DNA of 64,000 nucleotides from Longimicrobiales bacterium. Lineage in GTDB: Bacteria > Gemmatimonadota > Gemmatimonadetes > Longimicrobiales > Gaopeijiaceae. Under the pieces are notes generated by a model. That model had not been told where the DNA came from and did not search any database. It worked only from the letters and a program-made list of their open reading frames with translations. Both the position numbers and the translations under genes were made by a program. Position 1 is the stretch's first letter. Each line of letters opens with the position of its first letter. Positions 41,977 through 50,841 of this stretch are shown here, in pieces. Location of the stretch: the NCBI GenBank assembly GCA_965249725.1, contig CBDFMQ010000002.1, forward strand, positions 2,560,001 through 2,624,000. Reading direction: 5' to 3'.

Positions 41977-42474
41977 CTAGTTGCGCTCGTCGAGATCCGG
42001 CGCCACCCAGTCGACCGGTGGAGGATTTCTCTTGCAGCGGTTTATATTCACTTTAAAACCTGCGTCGCAGCCATTCATTACCATACGCCGCTCAGCAATA
42101 CGCCAATTCGAATCGACGCGCACTAATCTGTCCTGATACTGGCCAAGGATCGTTGCAGTCGATCCATCAGAACGTTCGTGCCAGGCATGAACATAGCTAT
42201 TTGCCAGGGCACCGTCATTGTCGAATTTGATTTGAACGTTGGAAAGATGGTGTGAAGTTCTCGACCATCGCCACATCCGTTCAAGGGACTTTTCGAGCGC
42301 CGCAGCGCTGTTACTCTGAAGTCGTTCGTCCGGGCCGTAGTCGACTGTACAATCACTTGTGAAAAGCGCCGACAGCAACGGCAGATCCATTCGGTCAAGC
42401 GCATAGCAATATTGGATGAGCACATCGGTTATTTCTTGCCGGGCGATTAGAGATTCAGTTGATTGGGAACTTAT
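41977..42474 (-). CDS. SnoaL-like/NTF2 family protein (SnoaL_4 type)
   Basis: ARQEITDVLIQYCYALD, TSHHLSNVQI, GQYQDRL..WRIAER; the RBS-positioned codon is ATA. Confidence 0.8.
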   Translation of the reverse strand: MSSQSTESLIARQEITDVLIQYCYALDRMDLPLLSALFTSDCTVDYGPDERLQSNSAAALEKSLERMWRWSRTSHHLSNVQIKFDNDGALANSYVHAWHERSDGSTATILGQYQDRLVRVDSNWRIAERRMVMNGCDAGFKVNINRCKRNPPPVDWVAPDLDERN

Positions 42475-42486
42475 GATCGGCCTCCT

Positions 42487-43263
42487 CTAGCGGACATAGG
42501 TCGCGCCGTTTACATCCAACGTGGCCCCGGATAAATGGCGGACGGTACCGGTGGCAAGAAATGCAATCAGATCGGCGATTTCTTCGGGCGGCACCCACTC
42601 ACCCATTGCCAAAGTACTGGTCACAATATCTTCGCCGCCCTGCAGCTCCGCGAAGTCCAGCGACATCTTGGTCCGTACGATTCCGGGTGCAATGATGTAC
42701 GTATAAATATTGTCTTTCGAGTAACCACGTGCGATTGACTGGGCTACTGCTTTAATCGCTCCTTTTGAAGCTGCATACGCGATCATGTCCGAGTTCGTAA
42801 CGCCACGTTGCGCAACCCAGCTCGACATCAGGATGATGACGCCACCGCCACGTTCTCGAAAATGTCGAACTGCCGCTCGCATCAGGCGTGCCTGCGCCTG
42901 AACATTTACCTGGAGATGGCTGGCCCACGCAGCATTCCAGTTTTCCTCGGTGTCGTCGATTCCGCCGGATGGATCGATCATCGCAGCATTGAGCACGAGC
43001 ACATCAACTCGACCGCGCCAACCGACCGCCTCCTCCCAAATACGCTCGACGGCCGCGTTGTCGTCAAAGTCTCCGCCAACGAAAAACTTGTGTTCAGTGG
43101 AAATTTTCGCGAGCGCAGCTTGCGCGCCTTCCAAATCGCCGTCCTTCCCCCGGTGATGTGCGATCAGCTCAGCACCGGAACTTCCGATGCGCTTCGCGGT
43201 TGCGGCACCAATCCCCTGCGATGCGCCGGTCAATAGAACAACTTTATCTTTCAGACTCTGCAT
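42487..43263 (-). CDS. SDR family oxidoreductase
   Basis: TGASQGIG, LNAA, YAASKG, IAPG, LDVNGA; start at MQSLKDK. Confidence 0.9.
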   Translation of the reverse strand: MQSLKDKVVLLTGASQGIGAATAKRIGSSGAELIAHHRGKDGDLEGAQAALAKISTEHKFFVGGDFDDNAAVERIWEEAVGWRGRVDVLVLNAAMIDPSGGIDDTEENWNAAWASHLQVNVQAQARLMRAAVRHFRERGGGVIILMSSWVAQRGVTNSDMIAYAASKGAIKAVAQSIARGYSKDNIYTYIIAPGIVRTKMSLDFAELQGGEDIVTSTLAMGEWVPPEEIADLIAFLATGTVRHLSGATLDVNGATYVR

Positions 43264-43284
43264 GCTTTTGACTCGGGTTGGGTG

Positions 43285-43476
43285 TAAGAGCAAATACAAA
43301 AATCGCGTTGATACCGCGTGTCGGTTGAATCTCCGGGTGAATGGAAAGCACGCGTCGCTCCGGCTCAGCGGTCGCGCCACCAACAGGCACTGCAATGTAC
43401 TGGCGGCCGTCCATTGCGTAACTTACCGGGTGAGCAGACACCGGTGCACTAACAATCGTCTCCCACAAAACTTCAC
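43285..43476 (-). pseudogene. C-terminal fragment of a PQQ-dependent dehydrogenase
   Basis: GEVLWET...PVSYAMDGRQYIAVPVGG...IFVFAL, the typical last propeller blade. Confidence 0.75.
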
Positions 43477-43518
43477 CTTGCGCGCCTTCCAAATCGCCGT
43501 CCTTCCCCCGGTGATGTG
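43477..43518. repeat. Exact 42-bp direct copy of 43119-43160 (inside the SDR gene)
   Basis: CTTGCGCGCCTTCCAAATCGCCGTCCTTCCCCCGGTGATGTG present at both positions. Confidence 0.95.
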
Positions 43519-43531
43519 ATCCGCCCCCACC

Positions 43532-43659
43532 CGCGGGTAGCTTCTCCAGTGCCTTCCGGAGCGCCGCGTCGATGTTGGCTGGAATCGCCGGACGTTGCTC
43601 TGTAGCTGACACAGGCTTACCCGCAATGATTTTGCCGAGTACCGCCTGCGCCGTGGTGC
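43532..43659 (-). pseudogene. Internal fragment of a Ser/Thr kinase paralogous to 9566-12256
   Basis: TAQAVLGKIIAGKPVSATEQRPAIPANIDAALRKALEKLPA versus TAQAVLGKIIQGVPVSARDTRPSVPANVDAAIRKSLEKLPA. Confidence 0.85.
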
Positions 43660-43956
43660 CCGGGCGGGGCTCGTTCTTCTATTGTGTACCTCCACGCGGC
43701 GTGGTCAACACCCGACTCGCCAGGCGCATCAAGACACGACGGTCAGCCTGGAGGGACACCATCCTGCCGGTGCATACGCCCGCACATCCTCCGGTGCGAT
43801 CCGCGCAACCTACCGATTCGAGTATCGAGTACAGAGGTCGATTTCGTCGGGCAGCGGATCGGAGTATTGCGACGGAGGGCGGCGTTCTTTGAAGGCTCCG
43901 GCGATCCACAGGACTCATCCATGGAGCGGTGTCTCGCTGGACCCTATGTGGACCCC

Positions 43957-43994
43957 AAAACGAAAAACGGCCAGCCCCTTAAGGGCCAGCCGTT
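43957..43994 (-). terminator. Probable intrinsic terminator downstream of tRNA-Lys
   Basis: AACGGCTGGCCC...GGGCTGGCCGTT stem followed by TTTCGTTTT. Confidence 0.6.
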
Positions 43995-44020
43995 CCCGTA
44001 ACTCCTTGTCCTGCAACTAG

Positions 44021-44093
44021 TGCCCCGCCAGGGACTCGAACCCCGAACCTACTGATTAAGAGTCAGTTGCTCTACCAGTTGAGCTAGCGGGGC
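44021..44093 (-). tRNA. tRNA-Lys(CTT)
   Basis: GCCCCGCTAGCTCAACTGGTAGAGCAACTGACTCTTAATCAGTAGGTTCGGGGTTCGAGTCCCTGGCGGGGCA; cloverleaf fold; followed by CTA rather than CCA. Confidence 0.97.
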
Positions 44094-44122
44094 GGGCCTC
44101 CTCCGCTACGGAGGAGCATAGA

Positions 44123-44150
44123 AAGCTATTTTTCTGCACCGAGTGGTCAA
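44123..44150 (-). promoter_or_regulatory. Sigma70-type promoter of tRNA-Lys
   Basis: TTGACC-16 bp-TAGCTT about 30 nt upstream of the tRNA. Confidence 0.6.
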
Positions 44151-44190
44151 GGTGCGGGAACGACCCTAGTGCCTTCCTTCCGGACCGGTC

Positions 44191-44580
44191 CTAGCTCCCG
44201 TCGTCCTCCACCACCTCGGGCCTCTGCAGGTCGAGTGAGTCGGAGTCCAAATGGGTCAGATGCCCGGCGGAGTTGCGGATCGACTCCCACGTCTCGGGAT
44301 CGCCCTCGATGTGGCATTCGGCACAACGCTCGTTCGGCACGTCTGCATGGACCTCGATCTCGATGGGCCGATCCACCACCTGGCTGAGGCCCATGGCACT
44401 CCGCTCCACGATGGTGGGCTGATGGCAGGCCTTGCAGCCGAGACCACGATGGGCGCTGCGTGCGAACTCCTCGAACGGCACCTCCATGAGGTGACAAGAG
44501 ACGCAGAAGTCGTTGTCGTGCTGGACGTAATCGTAGGTGCGATACGCGTAGAGGCCGGCCACGCCACCGGTGGCCACCAT
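44191..44580 (-). CDS. NapC/NirT-type multiheme cytochrome c N-terminal region, probably truncated
   Basis: TM end + HDNDFCVSCH, CKACH, CAECH; ends shortly after GHLTH. Confidence 0.65.
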   Translation of the reverse strand: MVATGGVAGLYAYRTYDYVQHDNDFCVSCHLMEVPFEEFARSAHRGLGCKACHQPTIVERSAMGLSQVVDRPIEIEVHADVPNERCAECHIEGDPETWESIRNSAGHLTHLDSDSLDLQRPEVVEDDGS

Positions 44581-44677
44581 GCAAACACCCCTGCGTCCGT
44601 GGCCTGGGCTGCGGGCGTGGAGTGGGGCATTCCCTTACGTGTGGTTTATGGTCAGGAAAACGCCGGCACGTAGAGGC

Positions 44678-45862
44678 CTAGAACGCGGAGAGGCCGGTCA
44701 CCGCCTGCCCCAGGATCAGGCCGTGAATGTCGTGGGTGCCCTCGTAGGTGTAGACCGACTCCAGATTGGCCATGTGCCGCATGGAGTGGTACTCCACCAA
44801 GATCCCGTTCGCCCCGAGTAGCCGGCGGGCCTCGCGAGCGATGTCGCAGGCCATGTCACAGTTGGCCCGTTTCGCCAGCGACACCTGCTGCGGCGTCACC
44901 GTTCCGGCATCCTTCAGCCGCCCGAGCTGAAGGCACAGGAGCTGTCCCTGTGTGATCTTGGTCAGCATGTCGGCGAGCCGAACCTGTTGAATCTGCTTGG
45001 CCCCGATCGGCTCCCCGAACATCACCCGCTCCTTGGCGTAGCTCCGAGCCTCGTCGAAGCAGGCCATGGCGGCACCCACGGCCCCGAAGGCGATGCCGAA
45101 GCGTGCTTGCGTCAGACACTTGAGAGGACTCTTGAGTCCCCCGCTCTCGGGCATAAGCGCACGGTCGGGGACGTGAACGTCCTCCAGGTGCAGCTCGCTG
45201 GTGTCCGACGCCAGCAACGAGAGCTTGCCCTTCTGGTCTCGCGCCGAGAACCCGGGGGTATCGGTGGGCACGACGAACCCACGGATCCCCTTGGTGTCGC
45301 CGATCTCACCGGTCTGAGCCCAGACGATGGCCACATCGGCCATGGAGCCACTCGTGATCCACATCTTCGTGCCGTTCAGGAGCCACCCATCGTCGGTCTT
45401 CTTGGCCGTGGTGATCATGCCGCCGGGGTTCGACCCGTAGTCGGGCTCGGTCAGGCCGAAGCACCCGATCTTCTCCGCCGAAGCCAGCTTGGGGAGCCAC
45501 TCCTGCTTCTGCTCCTCACTCCCGAACGCGTAGATCGGGTACATGACCAACGCACCCTGCACCGACGCGAAGGAGCGGATGCCCGAGTCGCCCCGTTCGA
45601 GTTCCTGATTGATGAGACCGTAGGCCACGTTGTTGAGTCCGGCACAGCCGTACTCTTCCGGAAGGTTCGCGCCGAGCATGCCCATCTCGCCGAGCTCCGG
45701 AATGATCTCTTTGGGAAACGTGCGCTCGATGTACGCCTTGCCGATCAGCGGCATGACGCGGTCTTCCACCCACTCCCGGACGGTGTCCCGGATCATGCGC
45801 TCTTCTTCGCCGAGAAGACCGTCGACGTCGTAGAAGTCTATCCCCTGGTATTTGCCCGCCAT
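44678..45862 (-). CDS. gcdH: Acyl-CoA dehydrogenase, glutaryl-CoA dehydrogenase-like
   Basis: ELERGDSGIRSFASVQ, GCFGLTEPDYGS, NGTKMWIT, LESVYTYEGTHDIH. Confidence 0.85.
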   Translation of the reverse strand: MAGKYQGIDFYDVDGLLGEEERMIRDTVREWVEDRVMPLIGKAYIERTFPKEIIPELGEMGMLGANLPEEYGCAGLNNVAYGLINQELERGDSGIRSFASVQGALVMYPIYAFGSEEQKQEWLPKLASAEKIGCFGLTEPDYGSNPGGMITTAKKTDDGWLLNGTKMWITSGSMADVAIVWAQTGEIGDTKGIRGFVVPTDTPGFSARDQKGKLSLLASDTSELHLEDVHVPDRALMPESGGLKSPLKCLTQARFGIAFGAVGAAMACFDEARSYAKERVMFGEPIGAKQIQQVRLADMLTKITQGQLLCLQLGRLKDAGTVTPQQVSLAKRANCDMACDIAREARRLLGANGILVEYHSMRHMANLESVYTYEGTHDIHGLILGQAVTGLSAF

Positions 45863-45908
45863 GGGTATGCCTCGATTGCATATGGTCGGTACGAACCGCA
45901 GGCTCAAA

Positions 45909-46259
45909 CTAGTGAGGATCTTCCTCGGGTGAAACGGCTTCGGAGGGACTCCCGTCGCTGGCCCGCGCGACGGTGTAGAAAACCTCGCGCGCCACTCGCG
46001 CACTGACATAGAACGCCGCCAGGACCGTCCCGATCCAGCCGCCGATCACAAGGTTGGAGGGCTGGACGTAGAACCAGATCCAAAGGGTGAGAACGACGGA
46101 GACGACGAGTCCCACGTACCAGCTCCGAGAGGTAGCCCGGCGGTGAGCGGCCTCACGGCATCCTTCGCACCAGAGCAGTCGATCGAGGTCGGGCCGGGGC
46201 TTCATGTCGCCGCACCGCAGACAGGCAATCTGCTCGCCGTGGCTGTCCCTCCAGCTCAC
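45909..46259 (-). CDS. Small membrane protein with zinc-ribbon (CxxC...CxxC)
   Basis: CLRC, CEGC followed by two TM helices; overlaps upstream stop codon. Confidence 0.7.
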   Translation of the reverse strand: MSWRDSHGEQIACLRCGDMKPRPDLDRLLWCEGCREAAHRRATSRSWYVGLVVSVVLTLWIWFYVQPSNLVIGGWIGTVLAAFYVSARVAREVFYTVARASDGSPSEAVSPEEDPH

Positions 46260-47269
46260 GACAACGACCGCACCAGGGCCTCGGTGAAGTCCGCCGTAGA
46301 AGCCTCCCCACCCATGTCCCGCGTGCGGGCCTCACCGGAGCGCACCACGCGGTCCAATGAGGTCCTGATACGGTCGGCGACTTCGGCCTGCTCGACGTGA
46401 TCGAGAAGCAGACACGCCGACAGGAGGAGTCCCGTCGGATTGGCGACACCCTGTCCGACGATATCCGGTGCGGATCCGTGCACCGCCTCGAACATCGCGG
46501 CGTCTTCGCCGATGTTGCCGGCCGGAGCGAATCCGAGCCCACCCACGAGCCCCGCCATCAGGTCGCTCAGGATATCGCCGAACATGTTCTCCATGACCAA
46601 CACGTCGAACTGGTACGGATCCAACACCAACGCCATGGCCGTAGCGTCGATAATCCGGTCCTCCCACTCGATCTCGGGATACGCGGCGGCCACCTCGCGC
46701 CCGACATCCAGGAACAGTCCCTGTGTGTACTTCAGGATGTTGGCCTTGTGGGCGAGCGTCACCTTCTTGCGACCGTGCCGCTGTGCGTAGTCGAAGGCAT
46801 ACCGGACGATGCGCTCGATGCCGAACCGGGTGACGATCATGACCGACTCGGCCGCAGCCTTCGGATCACCCTCCATACCGATGTAGTGCTCGACGCCGAC
46901 GTATAGCCCCTCCGTGTTTTCACGGATGAGGACGAGATCGATGTCCTCATACCGCCCCCCCGGTACGATGGTCAGGGCGGGTCGCACGTTGGCATAGAGA
47001 TCGAACTCTTTACGGAGCGCCACATTGATCGAGCGAAACCCGGAGCCGGACGGGGTTGTGAGCGGCCCCTTGAGCGACAAGCCACTGCTCCGGATCGAGT
47101 CGAGCGTCGCGTCGGGAAGCGGGGTGTGCACCGCGTCCAGAGCGGCGATACCGGCCAACTGCATGTCGTATTCGAGGTCTGCGCCGGCCGCCCGCAGAAT
47201 CTCGAGCGTGGCGTCGGTTACCTCGGGTCCGATCCCATCTCCGGGAATGACAGTGACGGTCTGGGTCAT
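46256..47269 (-). CDS. Isocitrate/isopropylmalate dehydrogenase family protein (NAD-IDH-like)
   Basis: IPGDGIGPEV, RENTEG, HKANI, NMFGDILSD, FEAVHGSAPDI. Confidence 0.92.
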   Translation of the reverse strand: MTQTVTVIPGDGIGPEVTDATLEILRAAGADLEYDMQLAGIAALDAVHTPLPDATLDSIRSSGLSLKGPLTTPSGSGFRSINVALRKEFDLYANVRPALTIVPGGRYEDIDLVLIRENTEGLYVGVEHYIGMEGDPKAAAESVMIVTRFGIERIVRYAFDYAQRHGRKKVTLAHKANILKYTQGLFLDVGREVAAAYPEIEWEDRIIDATAMALVLDPYQFDVLVMENMFGDILSDLMAGLVGGLGFAPAGNIGEDAAMFEAVHGSAPDIVGQGVANPTGLLLSACLLLDHVEQAEVADRIRTSLDRVVRSGEARTRDMGGEASTADFTEALVRSLS

Positions 47270-47293
47270 GCGATGGTGCGTCCTTCGGAAGGA

Positions 47294-47836
47294 TCAGCGC
47301 TTCACGAACTCACTGCTGTAGGCGAACTCCGTGCGGTCTTCTCCCCACTCGACCAGATCCTCGAGGTACGAGGGCCGCTCCGTGCCTTCGAGTCGCGCCT
47401 TGCCCGCGACGTTCTTGGCGCGCTTCCAGGTCAGCTCATTAAGTCGATCCCTAGACAGGAACGCCCGAGCGACCTCAGTGTCGCGCCGACTCGTGCGCGT
47501 GATGACACGCACCCCGGCAAGACCGGGATACGCGTTGAGCACAGACTCGGTCTCTGCGGTGAACAGATAGATGTAGGGCCCCACCTTGGCCCACAGAGTA
47601 CCTCCACGGCGAACCTGCTGGAGCGGTTGGTTGACCAGAATCTCGAGTACGTTCCCGTTCACACGGACGCTGATGTCCGAAGCGGCGCTATAGTAGCCTC
47701 GCGCCTCGGCCTCGGACGGCAGTGTGAGGTCGGGTGCCTCGCAAGATGCAGCGCCCAAGAGCCCGATGGAGGCCAAGGCGAGCCCGACTCTGGAAATCCT
47801 GATCGCAAGCATGTTCTTCATTCGTCTATCGCACAT
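47294..47836 (-). CDS. Hypothetical lipoprotein
   Basis: Hydrophobic signal ending AASC; operon context. Confidence 0.7.
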   Translation of the reverse strand: MCDRRMKNMLAIRISRVGLALASIGLLGAASCEAPDLTLPSEAEARGYYSAASDISVRVNGNVLEILVNQPLQQVRRGGTLWAKVGPYIYLFTAETESVLNAYPGLAGVRVITRTSRRDTEVARAFLSRDRLNELTWKRAKNVAGKARLEGTERPSYLEDLVEWGEDRTEFAYSSEFVKR

Positions 47837-48467
47837 ACCATAACAACGTTTCCGCCAGCCTCTCTACAGCCGACGCCACCGACCCGAAGTCCGATACCGG
47901 ACCCGGTCGACCCGCCACGACTCCAGTCCACATGACCCGGCCCGTCCGCACGTCCAGGACCGCCGAGACGATCTCTACGACCGAAACTCCCGCGGCCCCC
48001 TCGGCACCCGACCGAATGGCCACCGGAATGATGGCGATGTCGGACCGAACCAACTCGGCCAATCGGCGAATCTGTCCGTAGAGCGGGTCGCCGACCCGAT
48101 CGACCTCCGCCCCCAGAAACACGCCTACCGGCAAGCCGTCCACCGTGCTCTCGATGATGGGGGCACGGTCGAGCGTGGCCCGGAGTTCCTCGGGGAAGAC
48201 CCAGTCGATCTCACTGCCCCTCCCCCGGAAGGCGAAGGCGATCTCCGGGTCGACCTCTCCCGGCACTCCCTGCCTTAGTTGCACCGGGTAGACCATGACC
48301 CGTCTGCCCCGCAGATCAGGTACGAAGCCCCGCATGCCCCCGGCTTCGGGACCCGGGGCCGAACCACCCCCGCAGCCCTGCATGGTCAGAAATGCAAGCA
48401 CCATGCCTAAACAGCGGACAAACGCCGGATAGCACGCCGTACGGTCGAACAACTTCCGTGATTCCAT
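47826..48467 (-). CDS. Hypothetical lipoprotein
   Basis: LTMQGC lipobox; LDVRTGRVMWTG motif of CsgG/LpoB-like folds; start uncertain. Confidence 0.65.
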   Translation of the reverse strand: MESRKLFDRTACYPAFVRCLGMVLAFLTMQGCGGGSAPGPEAGGMRGFVPDLRGRRVMVYPVQLRQGVPGEVDPEIAFAFRGRGSEIDWVFPEELRATLDRAPIIESTVDGLPVGVFLGAEVDRVGDPLYGQIRRLAELVRSDIAIIPVAIRSGAEGAAGVSVVEIVSAVLDVRTGRVMWTGVVAGRPGPVSDFGSVASAVERLAETLLWYVR

Positions 48468-48565
48468 CGGTCTCCCATGTGCGACCGCGAGGTACGCAGG
48501 CACCCGGCGGATGAGCCAGAAGCTGAGCCGGTGAAACCTATTCAAAGCGCTGAATAGGGTACACC

Positions 48566-49063
48566 CTACTCGCCGGTGTCGGGCGCCTCGTCGGGCGCCT
48601 CGTCGGGCTCCTCGTCGGGCTCCTCGTCGGGCTCCTCGTCGGGCTCCTCGTCGGGCTCCTCGTCGGGCGCCTCCGACTCCAGGGTCAGCGCGGCGGAGTT
48701 GATGCAGTAGCGGAGGCCCGTGGGCTGGGGGCCGTCGGGGAAGATGTGTCCGAGATGTCCGTCACACGCCGCGCACAACACCTCGGTGCGCCGCATGCCC
48801 AAGGTGTTGTCCTCCTCGGTGCGGACGTTGTCCGAGTCCGCCGCCTCGTAGAAGCTGGGCCAACCGCACCCCGCGTCGAACTTGGTCTCGGAGTCGAACA
48901 AGCGCGTGCCGCAGCCGGCGCACACATAAGTCCCCGGGGCGGTGGTGTCCCAGTGCTCTCCCGTAAAGGCCCGCTCGGTCCCCTTCCTCCTGAGGACCTC
49001 GTACTGCTCGGGAGTCAGAGACTCACGCCATTCGGCATCGGTCTTGTTCGGCTTGTCGGACAC
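48566..49063 (-). CDS. msrB: Peptide-methionine (R)-S-oxide reductase
   Basis: [41 protein letters not shown]. Confidence 0.96.
   Translation of the reverse strand: MSDKPNKTDAEWRESLTPEQYEVLRRKGTERAFTGEHWDTTAPGTYVCAGCGTRLFDSETKFDAGCGWPSFYEAADSDNVRTEEDNTLGMRRTEVLCAACDGHLGHIFPDGPQPTGLRYCINSAALTLESEAPDEEPDEEPDEEPDEEPDEEPDEAPDEAPDTGE
48578..48673. repeat. 12-bp tandem repeat x8 encoding the (E[E/A]PD)8 tail of MsrB
   Basis: GTCGGGC(G/T)CCTC repeated 8 times. Confidence 0.95.
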
Positions 49064-49143
49064 ACATCACTCCTGGACGGCGGGGGTTCGACTAACCCGA
49101 AAATCTAGTGAGGCTGGCAAGCGCCTGGCGGGCAAATGCCCTC

Positions 49144-50307
49144 CTAGCTGCCCCGCCAGACACCCGTGTCGGGCCTGAACACGCCCCATGCGAACCAGAA
49201 GTGGTTGCCGTGGACGACCTCTGTGAGCTGCCGTCCGGCCAACTCACCTGATACGGCCCGGCCCGAGAGATTCCACTGAGTGCCGGTCTCCCGATCGCGA
49301 AAGCGGCCGTCCCCTGCCGACTCGAAAGTGAGTGTCCGACCGCCCACATCAGGGGAGAACGCCGTAGACGACCCCACGTCCCGGCCTTTCGAGATCGCCG
49401 CATCGTCGACGGCGCTGGCCGTACCGGAGGCCCAGAAGACCACGACGTCCAAAGCGCCGACCCTGACCCGGGCCACTCGTTCCTCTGCCAACACCGAGAA
49501 GGGCACGGCCAGGTACTCCCCGTCACTCTCGAGGGCCACGACACGCTCCATGGGCGGGAGCCGGTCGTCTTTGCGCCCGTATCGGAAGAAGCGGTCCCAG
49601 GGTCCGTTCCCCCGATCGTACCCCTGATACGGGTTGTTCCCGTACCGCTCTCGAAAGTCGGCCGGGAAGCCGGTGTCTCGTGACAGGACCAGGGCTTCTC
49701 CCAACTGTTCCTTCACATCCCGCCAACTCATGACCGTGGCCGGCACTAAGGTCAGCCGCTCTCCAGCGTACTCACCCACCAGCCCCTCGCCCGTGGCTTG
49801 CTGCCACCATGTCTCGGACTGCCGGTCGTACATCACCAGGTCCGAGTGTCTCAATCGTCCCGTGGTACCGAACTCGAGAACGCGGCCGTCGAAGTTGCGG
49901 TCGACGGCGATGGTCGTGTTGCAGAGCGGACAGTAGGTGACGGTCACCGGGTCACCGCCAATCTCGTCGTTCACGATTTCGTGCCAAATGAGGATGGACA
50001 GCGGATAGGCCTTGGTAACGCCGTTTCGCTTGACCACGGCCACCGGCTCACGGTCGCCCAACCAATCGTCCGCCTCGTCGATGGTCACGAAATCGGGTCG
50101 ATCGATGGAGCGGATGCCATCCTTCGGTGGTCCCCCCGAAGTGATCTCCTCCAGCGGCACGATGGCCTTGCTGAAATCGGTCGACCACTCGTCCTGACCG
50201 GCTACCGCGGGACGCTGCTGACCCGACACCTCAGGGGGTGGTGACGAGCATGCCACGAACAGACCCAGGACGAGGATGTAGACCGGGTAGGTGCGAGTTG
50301 TGTTCAT
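49144..50307 (-). CDS. DUF3179 family lipoprotein
   Basis: GGPPKDGI, WHEIVND, TYCPLCNT, FGTTGRL, MYDRQSETWWQQ, FWFAW. Confidence 0.92.
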   Translation of the reverse strand: MNTTRTYPVYILVLGLFVACSSPPPEVSGQQRPAVAGQDEWSTDFSKAIVPLEEITSGGPPKDGIRSIDRPDFVTIDEADDWLGDREPVAVVKRNGVTKAYPLSILIWHEIVNDEIGGDPVTVTYCPLCNTTIAVDRNFDGRVLEFGTTGRLRHSDLVMYDRQSETWWQQATGEGLVGEYAGERLTLVPATVMSWRDVKEQLGEALVLSRDTGFPADFRERYGNNPYQGYDRGNGPWDRFFRYGRKDDRLPPMERVVALESDGEYLAVPFSVLAEERVARVRVGALDVVVFWASGTASAVDDAAISKGRDVGSSTAFSPDVGGRTLTFESAGDGRFRDRETGTQWNLSGRAVSGELAGRQLTEVVHGNHFWFAWGVFRPDTGVWRGS

Positions 50308-50464
50308 GGGTCGTCCTTGCTTCCAGGAATGCTCTCACCCTACTCAACCCACCGCGCCGACGGGCCGTTCCAGCATCCCTGCGGCGCATCTTGCTCGCCC
50401 GCCATCCACGTGGTCTCTTGCAGCGTCAAACAGTCACACCACACCTCTGATCGAGCCTAGACCG

Positions 50465-50836
50465 ATGAGCGATGCCTCCGTTCGACATATCCCCTGGGAC
50501 AGCATTCCCAAGGAGGAGCTGAATCCCCTCCTACAGCGACAGCTGATCACGGGAGAAAAGGGCATGTTGGCCCACGTCCACCTTGCGAAAGGGGCCGTCG
50601 TCCCACAGCACTCCCACCACAACGAACAGTTCACGTACATCGTGTCGGGGACGTTGCGTTTCTGGATCGGCGAGGACCAGTCGGAGGTGATCGACGTGCG
50701 CGCCGGAGAGGTACTTCACATTCCGCCCCACGTACCGCACAAGGCGGAGGCGCTCGAGGACACCCTGGACCTGGACATCTTCGTTCCGCCGCGTGAGGAC
50801 TGGCTCACGGGGACCGACGACTACCTGCGGAGGTAG
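50465..50836 (+). CDS. Cupin domain protein
   Basis: PQHSHHNEQ...IPPHVPH motifs. Confidence 0.9.
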   Translation: MSDASVRHIPWDSIPKEELNPLLQRQLITGEKGMLAHVHLAKGAVVPQHSHHNEQFTYIVSGTLRFWIGEDQSEVIDVRAGEVLHIPPHVPHKAEALEDTLDLDIFVPPREDWLTGTDDYLRR

Positions 50837-50841
50837 CTGGG

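Noticed and set aside
43244..43612. 122 aa ORF as a genuine gene
   Set aside because: It is a patchwork of kinase, SDR-duplicate and PQQ dehydrogenase fragments.
43660..43956. Possible integrase remnant beside the tRNA
   Set aside because: No tyrosine- or serine-recombinase motif was recognisable in the short ORFs here.
44098..44116. CTCCTCCG-CTA-CGGAGGAG hairpin as a separate element
   Set aside because: It lies in the tRNA leader between promoter and gene, is single-copy, and has no further support.
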